Origin: Azolla caroliniana
Taxonomy: Eukaryota; Plantae; Polypodiophyta
Assembly (NCBI GenBank): GCA_043228905.1
Contig: JBHGNT010000021.1
Span: 4,712,001 to 4,776,000 of the forward strand
Direction of reading: 5' to 3'
DNA: 64,000 nt
Under the pieces are notes generated by a model. That model had not been told where the DNA came from and did no database searches. It saw only the letters and a list, made by a program, of their open reading frames with translations. This document shows, one piece after another, positions 1-12,087 of this stretch; position 1 is the stretch's first letter; every line of letters starts with the position of its first letter. The position numbers and the translations under genes were made by a program.

Positions 1-1117
1 AAGCTATAAGCAAGATAACTAGGCGGATAATCTCCACTTTGCCGAATTTGCGCATAATAACTCTGTCCACTCATTGATAAAGGTTACACCATTTTATGCT
101 TATACAGGCGGTCACCCCTGATGGTGTGTCTTTGAAACCCCAGAGTTACCCACAAATCCTTGCACAGAGGATCTTTTGGAGCGGTTACGCAAGATACAAG
201 CGAATTTATCTACTCATCTACAACAAGCTCAACAAACACACAAGGTTTATGCGGATCGTCATAGGCTCCCATCCAATTTAACATTGGAGATCGGGTTTGA
301 CTACTACGACGACACATCAAAACTACTCGCCCATGCGAGAAGTTGGATTATCGGCAATTAGGTCCTTCCCATATTATCGAAAAAATTAATGATGTCGCTT
401 TTCGTCGCGATCTACCTCCACAACATTGGATACATCCAGTGTTTCATAGTTCTCTCCTCGAACCCTATCAAGACAACACCATCCCAGATTGTATTAAACA
501 ACCTCCACCCCCGATCGGACTTGAAGATGGACCTGAGTATGAGGTTGTTGCCATCCTCGATTCCAAGATTGTTCACAACAAGCCCTACTATTTAGTCGAT
601 TGGCTAGGATATAGTCCCAGTGAGTGTACTTGGGAACCAATAGAGAATGTGACCATTGCTCGTGCTCTTCTTGAAGACTTCTATCGTCAATATCCAGACA
701 AACCGGGTCTGCAATCCAAAACTACTTGTGACACTCGTCAGTTTAAAGGGGAGACAGTGTCATGATATGGCAAGACTCGAACCCATAACCTTATGTTACA
801 TGGGTCGAGCTCTGGACCATTAGACTATATGTTGTAATATGAAGGATATTATTTTCATTTAAGTTTTTGTATAGAAAATTGATGTATATTCCAGATTTCT
901 CTAGAACATTCTAGAAACTTCAGGAGTACTCCTGAGAACACTATAAAAGGAGGCACAAGGCATTATTTCAAACCAAATCGGTTCAACGCCAGTATAAAGC
1001 CTCCTAGCTGCTATTGTATATTCTCTTAACATAATATATATCTTTTGTTATCATCATTCTCAATTTGGCCTTAGAAGACATTAATATTTCTTTCTTTCTT
1101 CTTCTTTCTTTCTCACA
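1..1117 (+). mobile_element. 3' end of a degenerate Tcn1-like Ty3/Gypsy chromovirus: integrase C-terminus with chromodomain, PPT, 3' LTR (~758-1117)
   Basis: ORF 343-765 has IHPVFHSSLLEPY and a chromodomain (EYEVVAILD...YLVDWLGY...TWEP), with frameshifts upstream. Purine tract at 745-757 is followed by TGTCATG at 758 and TATAAAA near 942. The LTR end (..TCTCACA 1117) is approximate. Confidence 0.85.
768..830 (-). promoter_or_regulatory. tRNA-like Pol III A/B-box module in U3, antisense to its element
   Basis: A box TAGTCTAATGG (827-817) and B box GGTTCGAGTC (783-774); starts are 44 nt apart. Confidence 0.7.
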
Positions 1118-1850
1118 CATGCATTGCGATATGAAACAGAGCGTTGGGGCACAAGTGATGAGAGTGGTAGGCTATGCACACTTTGCCCTAAACAACTTCA
1201 TGAGTTTGAGTATCACACTTTGATACAATGCTCTGCCTTTGATCATATTCGACCATGCTTTCCACATCTCTTCGACTGAGCCCAATCCTTGCATGAATTC
1301 CTCTCACAACCACAATGTGCACCCTCGATTGCAACATTCATTGGTAAAGTTCTTGAACATCGAGAGTCACTACTCACTTTCACACGTATCACGTGAAATG
1401 TAATATTTTTGGTCTCATAGGTCATATTTGACCTCCGAAGACAGTAATATAATCTATCTATCTATCTATCTATCTCACTCTTTCCTTCTCTCAAGAATTC
1501 TACACCTTCCTTAGTACAAATCCTCATCTTTTAGTACTAATTCCTTCTCTATCTTAGTATTGTTCCTGACACCAAGAGGGTGAGATAATTTTGACGACTC
1601 CAATTGATCGTCAAGCCAGCTCCGACCAAATTATCGATCGACGAGCAGTAATCCAGTTGAGGAATTTCCGACCGTGAGAGAAGATCGATGGAGTTCCGGT
1701 CAACAAGAGTTTTTTCGGCATCGGCTTGTGGGTCTGACGTGCAATGCACTATCCCACAAGCGTGCCAAAAATGAAAGAGAAAGAGCTATGGTGATCGTCT
1801 TCTTCTCCCTCTGCTCATCCTCCTCCATACAAAAGCCTTTTGATGAAGAT

Positions 1851-2316
1851 ATGGGAAGAAGGAGACGATTGCCAGAGCTCTTTCTTGTTGTATCTTTGCA
1901 GGCCTCCTCTCTTGACCCTCTTCCTTGCCCCCGTTCTTGCCGAAAACCCTACGATCTCATCATTTCTCCGCTGAGGCCTCCCCGCCTCTGATCTCCAACG
2001 ATGGATCCTCCACTGACGAATTCATTGGTAAAGGAAGCATCGAATCTATTGCTCAAGTCATCAGTGTTGTGGTTGATGTCAAGTTCGAGTCTGGCCTTCC
2101 ATCCTCACTGTTGTCGAGGTTCAAGACCATCGCATCAGAATTGTCCTTAAAGTCGATCAACATCTTGGAGAGAGTACTGTTCAAACCATAGCCATGGATT
2201 TTATCAATGGTCTCATTTGTGGACAGAAGGTTCTTAACATTGGTGCTCCAATCACGATTCCTGTGGGTAGGGCTACATTGGGGCGCATCATGAATGTGAT
2301 CAGAGAACCAATTGAG
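1851..2316 (+). pseudogene. ATP2: 5' fragment of nuclear-encoded mitochondrial F1-ATPase beta subunit, frameshifted and intronless
   Basis: Joined across a frameshift near 2100 it reads [33 protein letters not shown] / [71 protein letters not shown]. An R/S/P-rich transit-peptide-like segment precedes it. Confidence 0.9.
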
Positions 2317-2338
2317 GAGAGAGAGATTGAGAGTGGCT

Positions 2339-2670
2339 ATGGAGTCCTCTTCTCTACTTGAACTCTGGGACAAATCGGAGCTCGATCAATGCTTGCGAGA
2401 GAAAGGCGCATCGCTCATCCTTCACTTCTGGGCCTCGTGGTGCAAGGCCTCGACTCCCATGGACCTCATCTTCAACCGCCTCTGCTCAGAGAACTCCTCC
2501 TCTACCATTCGTTTCTACAGGGTTGAAGGTGAAGAGGCACCAGAAATTTCAAAGTATTTTAGTGTAGTTGTTGTCCCATTCTTTATAATTGTTAAGGATG
2601 GTGTTTTGGTATATAAGCTCGATTGTGCTAATCCAACAGATTTAGCACAAAAAGTAGCAAAATTGTGGGC
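2339..2670 (+). pseudogene. GRXS17: 5' fragment of monothiol glutaredoxin S17 (PICOT-type): thioredoxin-like domain only, Grx domains absent
   Basis: LILHFWASWCKASTPMDLIF...FYRVEGEEAPEISKYFSVVVVPFFIIVKDG...LDCANPTDLAQKVAK matches the WASWCxAS Trx-like N-domain of plant GRXS17. It is truncated right after that domain. Confidence 0.85.
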
Positions 2671-3522
2671 TCTTCTCTTCCTAAGAAGAGGTTGAGAAAG
2701 CAAGATATTAGAGATATGCCCTAATGTAAGCATATGATAAGGATAAAAAAATGATAGATAGAAAGGAGAGAGAGAAAGAAGGTTGCCAATCCACCTGACC
2801 ACCCCCAAGCGAAGGGATCGAGACGGACTCGAGCCTCGATCGGCATCCCATACCACCGTCGTGGCGTCAAGTCATACCTGGTGTTGGCGCGCTCGCTACA
2901 AGAGTTGACCCATCACAAGAATAGAGTTTCGACGTAGTCAAAAGATGATGAAATGAGGGTAGCTAGGCCTCTTATTTATAGAGATGATACCCAAGGCCCC
3001 CAGGCAAGTTCACACTTGGCCTAATGGGTTGTCTCAATCCCGAGGATTAAAAGTAATCATCCCCTTCTTTACACTCTTGTTTAACCCTCACACTTGTCCA
3101 CGTGTATAGAATACTACGGTAAATTCTCACCACGGGATATTATATGGTCATGACCGTAACATACTCCCCCTCTTTAAAACATTTCACTCTTGCAATGGAA
3201 AGTTAGGGAAGTTTGTTCTTAGAGTATTCTCGCGTTCCCATGTGGCATCTTTGATAGATTTGTCCATCCATTTAATTTTAAATTCTCGGATTTCTTTAGT
3301 ACGTAACTTTTTTGTTTTAACATCGAGAATTCTTTCTAGTACATGTGGTTTCGAAGATAATTCTTTAGAAGTAACCAGAGTTTCAGTTGTAACTGTACTG
3401 TCACCAGAACCGAGAATTTCTTTTAGACGACTCACATGAAAACTGGATGAATTTCAACACCATCGGGAAGATGCGAGACGATAAGTTGATGACCCAATAC
3501 GTTTGAGGATTGTAAAAGGTCC

Positions 3523-4606
3523 ACAAAACCGTGGGGCTAACTTAGCGCACTTACCCTTAGACAATGTCTTAGAATTGTGAGGTACACGTAAAAATACCTT
3601 CTGTCCAAGGTTGAATACACGAGGTTGCCTATTGTGAAGACTGGGGGAGAGAGAGAGAGAGATAGAGAGATAATTGAAAGAGAATTATTATATTGAAGAG
3701 TAAAATGGATTACAAAGAGTACGCTATAAAATGGCGTTGAACCAATTTAGGTTTGGGATGGGTGGTAGATCCCTATTTATAAGTAATAGACAAAACTGTG
3801 GGGCTAACTTAGCGCACTTACCCTTAGACAATGTCTTAGAATTGTGAGGTACACGTAAAAATACCTTCTGTCCAAGGTTGAATACACGAGGTTGCCTATT
3901 GTGAAGACTGGGAGAGAGAAAGAGAGATAGAGAGATAATTGAAAGAGAATTATTATATTGAAGAGTAAAATGGATTACAAAGAGTATGCTACAAAATGGC
4001 GTTGAACCAATTTAGGTTTGGGATGGGTGGTAGATCCCTATTTATAAGTAATAGACAAAACCGTGGGGCTAACTTAGCGCACTTACCCTTAGACAATATC
4101 TTAGAATTGTGAGGTACACGTAAAAATACCTTCTGTCCCAAGGTTGAATACACGAGGTTGCCTATTGTGAAGACTGGGAGAGAGAAAGAGAGAGAAAGAG
4201 AGATAGAGAGATAATTGAAAGAGAATTATTATATTGAAGAGTAAAATGGATTACAAAGAGTACGCTACAAAATGGCGTTGAACCAATTTAGGTTTGGGAT
4301 GGGTGGTAGATCCCTATTTATAAGTAATAGACAAAACCGTGGGGCTAACTTAGCGCACTTACCCTTAGACAATGTCTTAGAATTGTGAGGTACACGTAAA
4401 AATACCTTCTGTCCAAGGTTGAATACACAAGGTTGCCTATTGTGAAGACTGGGAGAGAGAAAGAGAGAGAAGGAGAGATAGAGAGATAATTGAAAGAGAA
4501 TTATTATATTGAAGAGTAAAATGGATTACAAAGAGTACGCTACAAAATGGCGTCGAACCAATTTAGGTTTGGGATGGGTGGTAGATCCCTATTTATAAGT
4601 AATAGA
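3523..4606. repeat. Four tandem copies (~265-276 bp) of the A/B insertion junction (~110 bp of A integrase plus ~160 bp of B LTR end)
   Basis: Units start at ACAAAAC(C/T)GTGGGG at 3523, 3790, 4055 and 4331. Each contains CCTAT|TGTGAAGACT. Only the last copy continues into a full LTR. Confidence 0.95.
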
Positions 4607-6398
4607 GAACACTCTAGAATATTCTAGGTTATCCTACTAGAATGTAGAGTAATCTAGAAGATCTCTAGAGTATTCTAGAAGGTTCTAGTACACTCTAGAA
4701 TATTCTAGGTCATTCTAGAATGTATAGAATATTCCTATGATATTAGATTTCATATTCTAAAAACTATACATATAAAAATATTAATATAATGGTTAAGGAT
4801 TTGACATGTGTATAACAAGGTCGTGGGGTCAAATCCTTTCGAATCATAATGTGAGTGTCATGATCCTTTCGATGCATGATGTGAGTGTTATCATGACACT
4901 ATCCCCCTTCTTCGACGACACGTCTCACGGGTCGTAGGGTTTGTATTAGGACCTGGTTTACAAGGATATTGGCGATGAAATGCATTGACGAGTTATGCAA
5001 CATTGGAAAGATTTGAAGCAGGTTCCCAAGTTCGATCATTGGGGGTATAGCCTAGCTAATATAGCTTGTTGCGCATGATTTTAGAATCGAGAACGGCAGC
5101 AACTTCAAATTCAGGCCCATCCAAGAACTCGATAGGTGGTGGGGGTGTCGTAAGACGGCCCGGAATTGAACTTGTAGTATAAGGTTCCAAAAGGGATACA
5201 TGAAACACCGGATGAAGATGCATGTGCGGAGGGAGGTCCAGACGAAATGCAACATCACTTATCTTACCAGTGATCATGTAAGGGCCAAAACGTTGGTAAT
5301 CCAATTTACTGCAAGGTCGAGTGGTCTTGATGTTGTGTTGGAGAAGCCATACATGATCCCCAATGTGGAACTTTTTTGAGGAGTCTAGACGATGACGATC
5401 GGCAAGCCTCTTGTGTGTAAATTGAGCATCGTGCAAATTGTGGAGGATGTTAGCTTGAATTTCTTGGAGGCGACTAAGACTATCCTCGGCAGCAGGGTTG
5501 GTAGGAACGTCTGGATGCGCATTCATCGTCCACCGAGGATGACAACCCGTATTTGCAAAATATGGGGAATATCCTCTAGAAGAATGGGTTGAGTTGTTGT
5601 AAGCGAATTCTGCCAAGTGCAAAAAATCAACCCAATCATCTTGTTGATAGTTGATGAAACAACGAAGATATTGTTCCAATGTCTGGTTGGTACGCTCAGT
5701 TTGGCCATTTGTTTCAGGATGATAGCCCGAAGAAAGCTTAATAGAAATGTGAAGAAGTTTGAACATGTGCTTCCAAAACTTTGAGATGAATTGTGGACCA
5801 CGATCACTAATAATATCATCCGGCTGACCATGATTCTTAAATACCTCCCGCATAACGAGATCAACCGCCTCTTGACTAGTAATCGACTTTGTACATGGCA
5901 AGAAATGTGCCATTTTGGTAAATCGATCAACCACTGTGAGAATTGCATCAAAACCTTTTGAAACTGGGAGATCAGTAATGAAGTCCAAGGATATAGACTT
6001 CCAAGGAGTTTCCGGAATGGGAAGTGGTTGTAGGGTGAAAGCATGTGAGTGGAAACAATTAGCTATGTCCTTGACATAGCTAATTAGCTATGCAAAAAGC
6101 TACCATTGATAAATACTCATTTTAGTAAAAAGCCATCATTAATAAATTAACTATGCAAAAAACTACCATTGAAAATACTAGAGTGTTTTAATTACATATG
6201 TAAATGAGTGCCATAAATGTGCAACATAAACATGCAACATAAATTGATATGTGCACCATAAATGTGTACCATAAATTATATATCGAATTCCTAGGTCCAT
6301 TATGCATGATCCTTTGCCACATCACGTAGGCCATCTCTAGTTGAGTATTGTGGGTTAGTTGCTACCACTGTTGCTAAACCCTATCGAGTCCACCTACC

Positions 6399-6640
6399 GC
6401 CACTCTACACTCAGGGGCCGCTACTATGCGTTCCAAGCATCATCAAAGAGTTGCTCAATCTGACGGGGTTCTCTTCTCTTTGCCACTCTACACTCAGGGG
6501 CCGCAACTTTGCGTTCCAAGCATCATCAAAGAGCTGTTCAATCTGATGGGGTTCTCTTCTCTGTGCCACTCTACACTCAGGGGCCACTACTATGCGTTCC
6601 AAGCATCATCAGTAACTGTTCAATCTGACAGGGTTCTCTC
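6399..6640. repeat. ~2.5 tandem copies of an ~83-bp unit upstream of the transposase
   Basis: GCCACTCTACACTCAGGGGCC...GCGTTCCAAGCATCATCA recurs at ~6399, ~6482 and ~6565. Confidence 0.85.
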
Positions 6641-8214
6641 CTCCATTGCCATCATTCCAGACTCAATTGCTGCTACTGTCCAATCCTGGATTGCTTCCAC
6701 ATTTCGATTTGACGGAGTTCAGTCATCCAACGACAACATTCTACACTCAGTTGTCGCCATTGGTCGGTCCTGGATCGCCTCCTCAACTGTTCGATCCAAC
6801 GGAGTGAACTCCTCTACTATTCGGTCTTGGATTGCAATAACTTTTCTGTCTATTGATTATCTTGTGTATTGTTGTGTCTAATCTTGTGTATTGTGGAATA
6901 TTTTTGTGTATTGTTGTTGCCCATAGCCATCTTAAATACTTGTTTTTTTTCTGGAAATTTAGGGTTTTAATATGTCCAGCCAAATGGAAGGGGAAGAAGG
7001 GTGTTTAGAATTACCCGTCAATGATCATAAGGATAGGGATGATGCTATCAGGACACAACAAGCCATACGAAACTATTGGGCAGAAAAAAAAAGGAAACAT
7101 CGTCAATTGTTGAAGGATACGAAAGCCACACTCAGTAAAGGTAAGGATAGTTTAGCTGAGAATGTAAGTAATGCGACTACCATCATAGAGAGAAAGGTTG
7201 TAGACTATTTCAATGTTCAAACCAAGCACATCAGCAATGAAGAAAAGAAGGTAGTACTTTATGGAATAGGTAATGATCCATCGATAAAGGACTTAGTTGA
7301 TTGTGATGGTCTTAATGCAAACATATCATCTTCGTAAATAATCTATTTTAGTAAATAATCTTCGTAATAGTTTCGTATCCATGAGCAGATCAGAAGATGA
7401 TCTTTTCTTAAAAAGGTCTAGTCTAATGATGTTACTTAATAGTGATGTTTTGGATATAAACATCAGTGAGTTATCTAAGGTAATTGGTGTTAGTAGAAAA
7501 ACAGTGTACAATACAATGAACCGTATAATTTCCTCAGGTGAAGGAACTAGTCTACTAAAGCTAACTACAAGATGTAAGCCAATGACACCCATAACATTTG
7601 AAATCAAGGATGTAATCACAATGTTTTGGACTAATGAGAGTAGGGTTTCACCCAATAAAAAGGATTTATGCAGGAAACGTTGTCGTGCCTTTCGGCTCCG
7701 GATCGTTGCGTGAGTCGGGTGGGAACCACAGAGGTCTTGGACTAGGAGAAAGAAGTTCGTGAGATAGAGATTAATTATGAGTAACTAGCAAAGAGAAAGA
7801 TAAGAAACTCGTGAATCACACGAGCATACTATATTAATTGGTACTTAGGGTGTTAAGAAAGAAGTAGATGTATAAATCGTGAATCCCACGAATAATTTTT
7901 GTATTGATTAATTCCTAATCCAAATAATCAACAACCCTTTACATATTTCTCTCCTCCTTATATAAGGAAGGAAGAGCTAAGCATGGCTTCATGCTTTTTT
8001 TTTACAAAAAGTGTTCATGTCCACTAAATGTGCATGTGATGCTTTTTTTATTTCCTAAGTATAGGGCTCATGCACGCTAGATGTGCATGAGTTATTTTTT
8101 AGTGTCTCGTGTTTTTTCTTTTTCATATATTAAAGAAATACACGATTTACCTTTTAATAAAGGTATGCATAAATAAAGGTCTTATACATATTAAATCTAT
8201 ATTTAAAACACTTA

Positions 8215-8290
8215 AGATAATTTAATGTAATGGTAAGGTTGGGGTTTGTCAACGTGGAGGTGCAGAGTTCGAATCACGCCCTGCGCAGTA
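8215..8290 (+). promoter_or_regulatory. tRNA-like Pol III A/B-box module in the C LTR (copies near 20087 and 21078; relative at 62585-62650, minus strand)
   Basis: TAATGTAATGGTAAG (8223) ... GGAGGTGCAGAGTTCGAATC (B box at 8266); 43-nt spacing. Confidence 0.65.
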
Positions 8291-8475
8291 GTGAGTATTT
8301 CCTTTCTTTTTACATTTATGTCTCTTTATCCGGCTCTTCCTTGCCGGTATGCCGTTTCTTCCTTGACGGTATGCCGTTTTCCTCCTTGCCGGTATGCCGT
8401 TTTCTTCCGGTTCTCACCGAGCACTCCATTCTCTATCCGGAGGGACAAAAATATAATTTTCACATAGTGTGCAAC

Positions 8476-11400
8476 CTACACTACGACACTCGCCCCCTCC
8501 AAACCCGCACATCCTCCGGTATGTGCCGAAGTTCTTGATTCTTCGTATCCGTCTTCATCCGAAGCTTCCTCCGATTCTCCCCTTATGTCGACTATGAGTT
8601 GTAATCCACTTTCTTCGCTTCCCGCATCATTGTGGTCTTCGTCCGATTGCTCCTCGTTGTCGGCCTCGACTTGGATCACATAAGGTTTGTCGTCGGTCCG
8701 CTTCTTGAAAATCTTCACCCGCTTCCCGGCTATAGGCACTCGTAGTATTGTTCCATCCAACTCGGACAGTCGGTACGTCCCGTTGTCGAAGACCTTCCGA
8801 ACCTCGTACGGCCCGAACCATCTTTTCGCGAATTTCCGCATCGTTGTATGTTGATGGTCCAAGCTACTATCATAGACGATCACCCAATCTCCTTCTTCAA
8901 TCCTCCTCGGTCGTAGTCGGTGCTTTGTGTCGAACCGGCTTTTGTTCCGGAACCGTGCTTCGTGTTGTCGGCGTGACGCTTCCGCTACATCTTTCGGTCT
9001 TCCCTCCAGTTGTCGTATCCGGACCGCTAGTAGTTCTTCCCGGCTCATCTCTTCCTTCCACGGTAGTATTGTCCATGTCGCGATTGCGGTTTCCGTTGGC
9101 ATTACCGGTGCTTGTCCGGTCATGAGTTCTGCCGGCATGTAACCGGTCACGGAGCTATGCGTCGTCCGATCCGCCCATAGTGCATACGGAAGCATTTGTG
9201 GCCAATCCTTCACCCTTCCGTCGCATGCCTTCGCAAGTGCTTTCACGATCGGACTATGTCCTCGTTCGATCTTCCTGTTGGCCTCCGGATTGTAGGCCGT
9301 TGTCAACGTTAACCGAACTCCATGTTTGGCGAAGAATCCCCTAGCTTTGTCCGAGTCGAGTTCTCCCCGGTCCGCAATCACTTGTCCTACGCAGCCGTAC
9401 CTACAAAACACTTCTTCCAAAAGAAATTGGCACACCGCGGCACACGTTTTCCTCCGAAGCGCTCGACCTTCAACTTGGTTTGTGAGATCTTCTCGAGCTA
9501 ACACCAAGTATTTCTTTTGTCCAATCCCGGTCGGCATAGCTACAATGTCGACCATCCACTTGAAGTTGATTGTCGGTGAGAATGTCGGATGCAGCTCATC
9601 TCGGTGTCGGACCCCGGAGTAGACTTGACATTTCTCGCAGCTTTCTGTGAACTCCGCGACATCTTTTTACATGTTCTTCCACCAATATCTTTGCTTGATT
9701 TTCACAAAAGTTGCCCATGTTCCTCGATGTCCAGCCCAATCGGATTCGTGGAACTCGGACATTATCCGGTTTCGTTGTTCTTTCGTCCCGACTACTCGAA
9801 GTGGTATCCCATCCGGTCTTTTCGGCGTCCTCCATATTAAACCGTTTTCCAAGAAGAACTTTTGGACTTGCCTCTTCTTCCTTCGGATCTCGGCTCTCCT
9901 TTCTTTATCATTGGTTGAATCCTCGACCTCTTGTAGCATCTTCCCGATCATCAAGGTTTCCCCCTCGTATTCTTCTTCCCGGAATTCTCGGATCACGTTC
10001 ACTCGGCATATGTGTTCTGACGTGAAGTAGTCTTCGGAAACTTCTTCATTATCTGATTCGGTTATGTCGTCTTCAAACCGCGCCCTCGATAACATGTCCG
10101 CTACCGCGTTGTCCTTCCCCGAGATGTGTCGAACCTCCGGATTAAGTGACTTGACATATGCAATCCACCTTAGCATAGCCACATCCGGTATCGTACAACA
10201 CCGCATCATCCCGAGTATCGGAAGACAATCCGTCTCGATCACCACTTCAGCTCCGATCAAATAATCCCGATCCGATTTTATCGCCGACACGACTCCCCAC
10301 AATTCTCTTTTGACTTGTGCATATCCGCGTTGCCTTTCGTTGAGGACCTTTGCTCCAAATCGGATCGGATACCGCGAACCATCCGAGTCGGCTTGATTGA
10401 TGACCCACCCGATACCGGTTGGACTTGTATCAACTGTTACTATGATTGGCCGCTCGTAGCTTGGCTTCTTAAGTGATTCCGCCCTCCATAGTGTCTTCTT
10501 GAGCTTCCTCATGGCTTTAGTGTGTTCCGGTTTCCATTCGAATTTCTTACCTTTCCGCAACAAGTGATAGAGCGGGTCTGCTATATGTGCATAGTGCGGA
10601 ATCCATATGTGATAGAATGCACACGCACCCAGAAACCTTCGGACTTCCGATGTTGACTCACATACTTCCTTCATAGCTTGAATCGCATCGATCTTTGTTG
10701 GTGACGGTCTTCGGCCGTAGGGTCCACATAGATGTCCGACCACCAATATTTCTTCTTGCCCGAATGCCGATTTCTCCCCGGAAAGTGTTAGGTGCACATC
10801 TTCTAGCTTTCGCAACACTTTCTCGCAATCATGAATATGGTCGACCACGAACTTTCGGCATCCCCGATCATCCATAGTCTCATCTTTTTCTTCCACCGCG
10901 CATCCTTTCATCGGAATGTCATCTAGAAACGGCATCGTTATCTCCGGGATGCAATCTCGAAGCACCTTGTTCATCGCGTTCATCATATGTGCAACCGAGT
11001 TTGTCGCTCCTTGTGGTAGTGTGCACATTCGAACTAGTCCTATCGGTGTCCGCATGGTAGTGATGTCTCGGCTCTCCACGGCTAGTTGGAATTGGTCATA
11101 CCCCGAGTATAGGTCCCCGATGGAGTATATCGCACGTCCGGCAAAAGCTTCCGCGAATTCGTCCACTATCGGACCGACTCCCGAGTTCCGGATCGTGACC
11201 TTGTTCACCGGTTGCAAGTCTTGGATAAATCGGAGTGACCCATTCTTCTTCGGAACCGTAAACCATCGATTTGAGTACGGAGCACTTGATGGCTCTAGAA
11301 TCCCCATCGCCACCTTCTCCTTGAGCAAGTCGATGACTTTCGGAATATGCGCCCGTGGCACCGGAATCGGCTTCAGGTTCCACGGTACATGATCCATCGT

Positions 11401-12087
11401 GAAAATCACCATCGGCTCCACTATCTTTGGATCAATGCATCCGATCTCCCTCGATGTGAACGCGAATGCTTTGCCATGTTGCTCCAACATCTCTCGAAAC
11501 CGTTTTTCTTCTTCTTGTAAGAGGAACCCACCTCCACCGATCCGAAGTTTCTTCCGGGTCTCATCTGTGAATGCATGTCCGATATCCACGGACTTCCGAA
11601 GTGTCGGATCTCCCGAGACTTCTTTCTTCTTTTGTTCGCTATCGGCGGGTAATGGTCCCGCGGCCGGTTTCACCTTCTTCTCCACGGTCTTGTATTTCGT
11701 ACTTACCATTGCTTCTTCTTTGCGGAGCGCATCCGGCCCCATTTTCGCAACGATCTCGTACATCTCGACCGATTCCACCGGGACTACCCGGTTCCCTTGG
11801 CTTTTATCTTCCGCAAGCTCTTCAAGCCGTTGTAGTGTATTCCCATAGAACACTTCCTCGATCACTCCCACGATTTCTTCGTCTTCTTTTATTATTGATG
11901 CCGACCGTAACTTATCCTCCACTTGTCGGTATTGTTTCTTCATTCCTCCGGTTACGGCCGTGTACGTAGATGCCCCATCCGGGCCGATTCGTACTTGTTT
12001 TGCTCCGAGAGTTTTCTTCCTGTGTGGGGTATCAGGGCTTCTCGGACTATCACTTCCCCACTCCGCAACAGTCCGCTTTAAAAATCC
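8476..12087 (-). pseudogene. pol: pol of element C (RT-RNaseH-integrase) with one in-frame stop at 9667-9669; reached by a -1 frameshift from gag-PR
   Basis: ORFs 9667-11943 (PFLDDI RT, TVDTSPTGIG RH) and 8476-9555 (ADRGE, YNPEAN..IER integrase) are in the same frame, separated by a single TAA (compare WWPSMYKDV in element I). No chromodomain. Confidence 0.92.
12024..12087 (-). promoter_or_regulatory. Predicted -1 programmed ribosomal frameshift signal (G_GAU_UUU plus H-type pseudoknot)
   Basis: The slippery heptamer sits immediately before the gag-PR stop. After a 5-nt spacer, stem CGGACTGTTGC pairs with GTGATAGTCCG, and loop GTGGGG can pair with downstream CCCCAC. The -1 frame is open into pol. 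Confidence 0.8.

Noticed and set aside
1925-2316. Organellar or bacterial atpB/atpD insertion
   Set aside because: The transit-peptide-like leader and TDEFxGKG motif indicate the nuclear-encoded mitochondrial gene, and no neighbouring operon genes are present.
2820-2840. B-box-like GGCTCGAGTCC in the LTR of A
   Set aside because: It is in sense orientation with no A box at tRNA spacing, so it is not counted among the modules.
758-4898. LTR at 758 and LTR at 4441 as a pair from one element
   Set aside because: They are in opposite orientations and only distantly similar; 4441-4898 pairs with 33818-34316 through the CCTAT TSD.
8215-8290. tRNA-like segments as real tRNA genes
   Set aside because: There are no convincing acceptor or anticodon stems; only the A/B boxes and sometimes the T arm persist, always inside LTRs.
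8230-8538. Identical small ORFs repeated at 8230, 20094 and 21085 (also 44663/55156 and 46819/51437)
   Set aside because: The repetition reflects LTR copies; no protein motif is recognisable.
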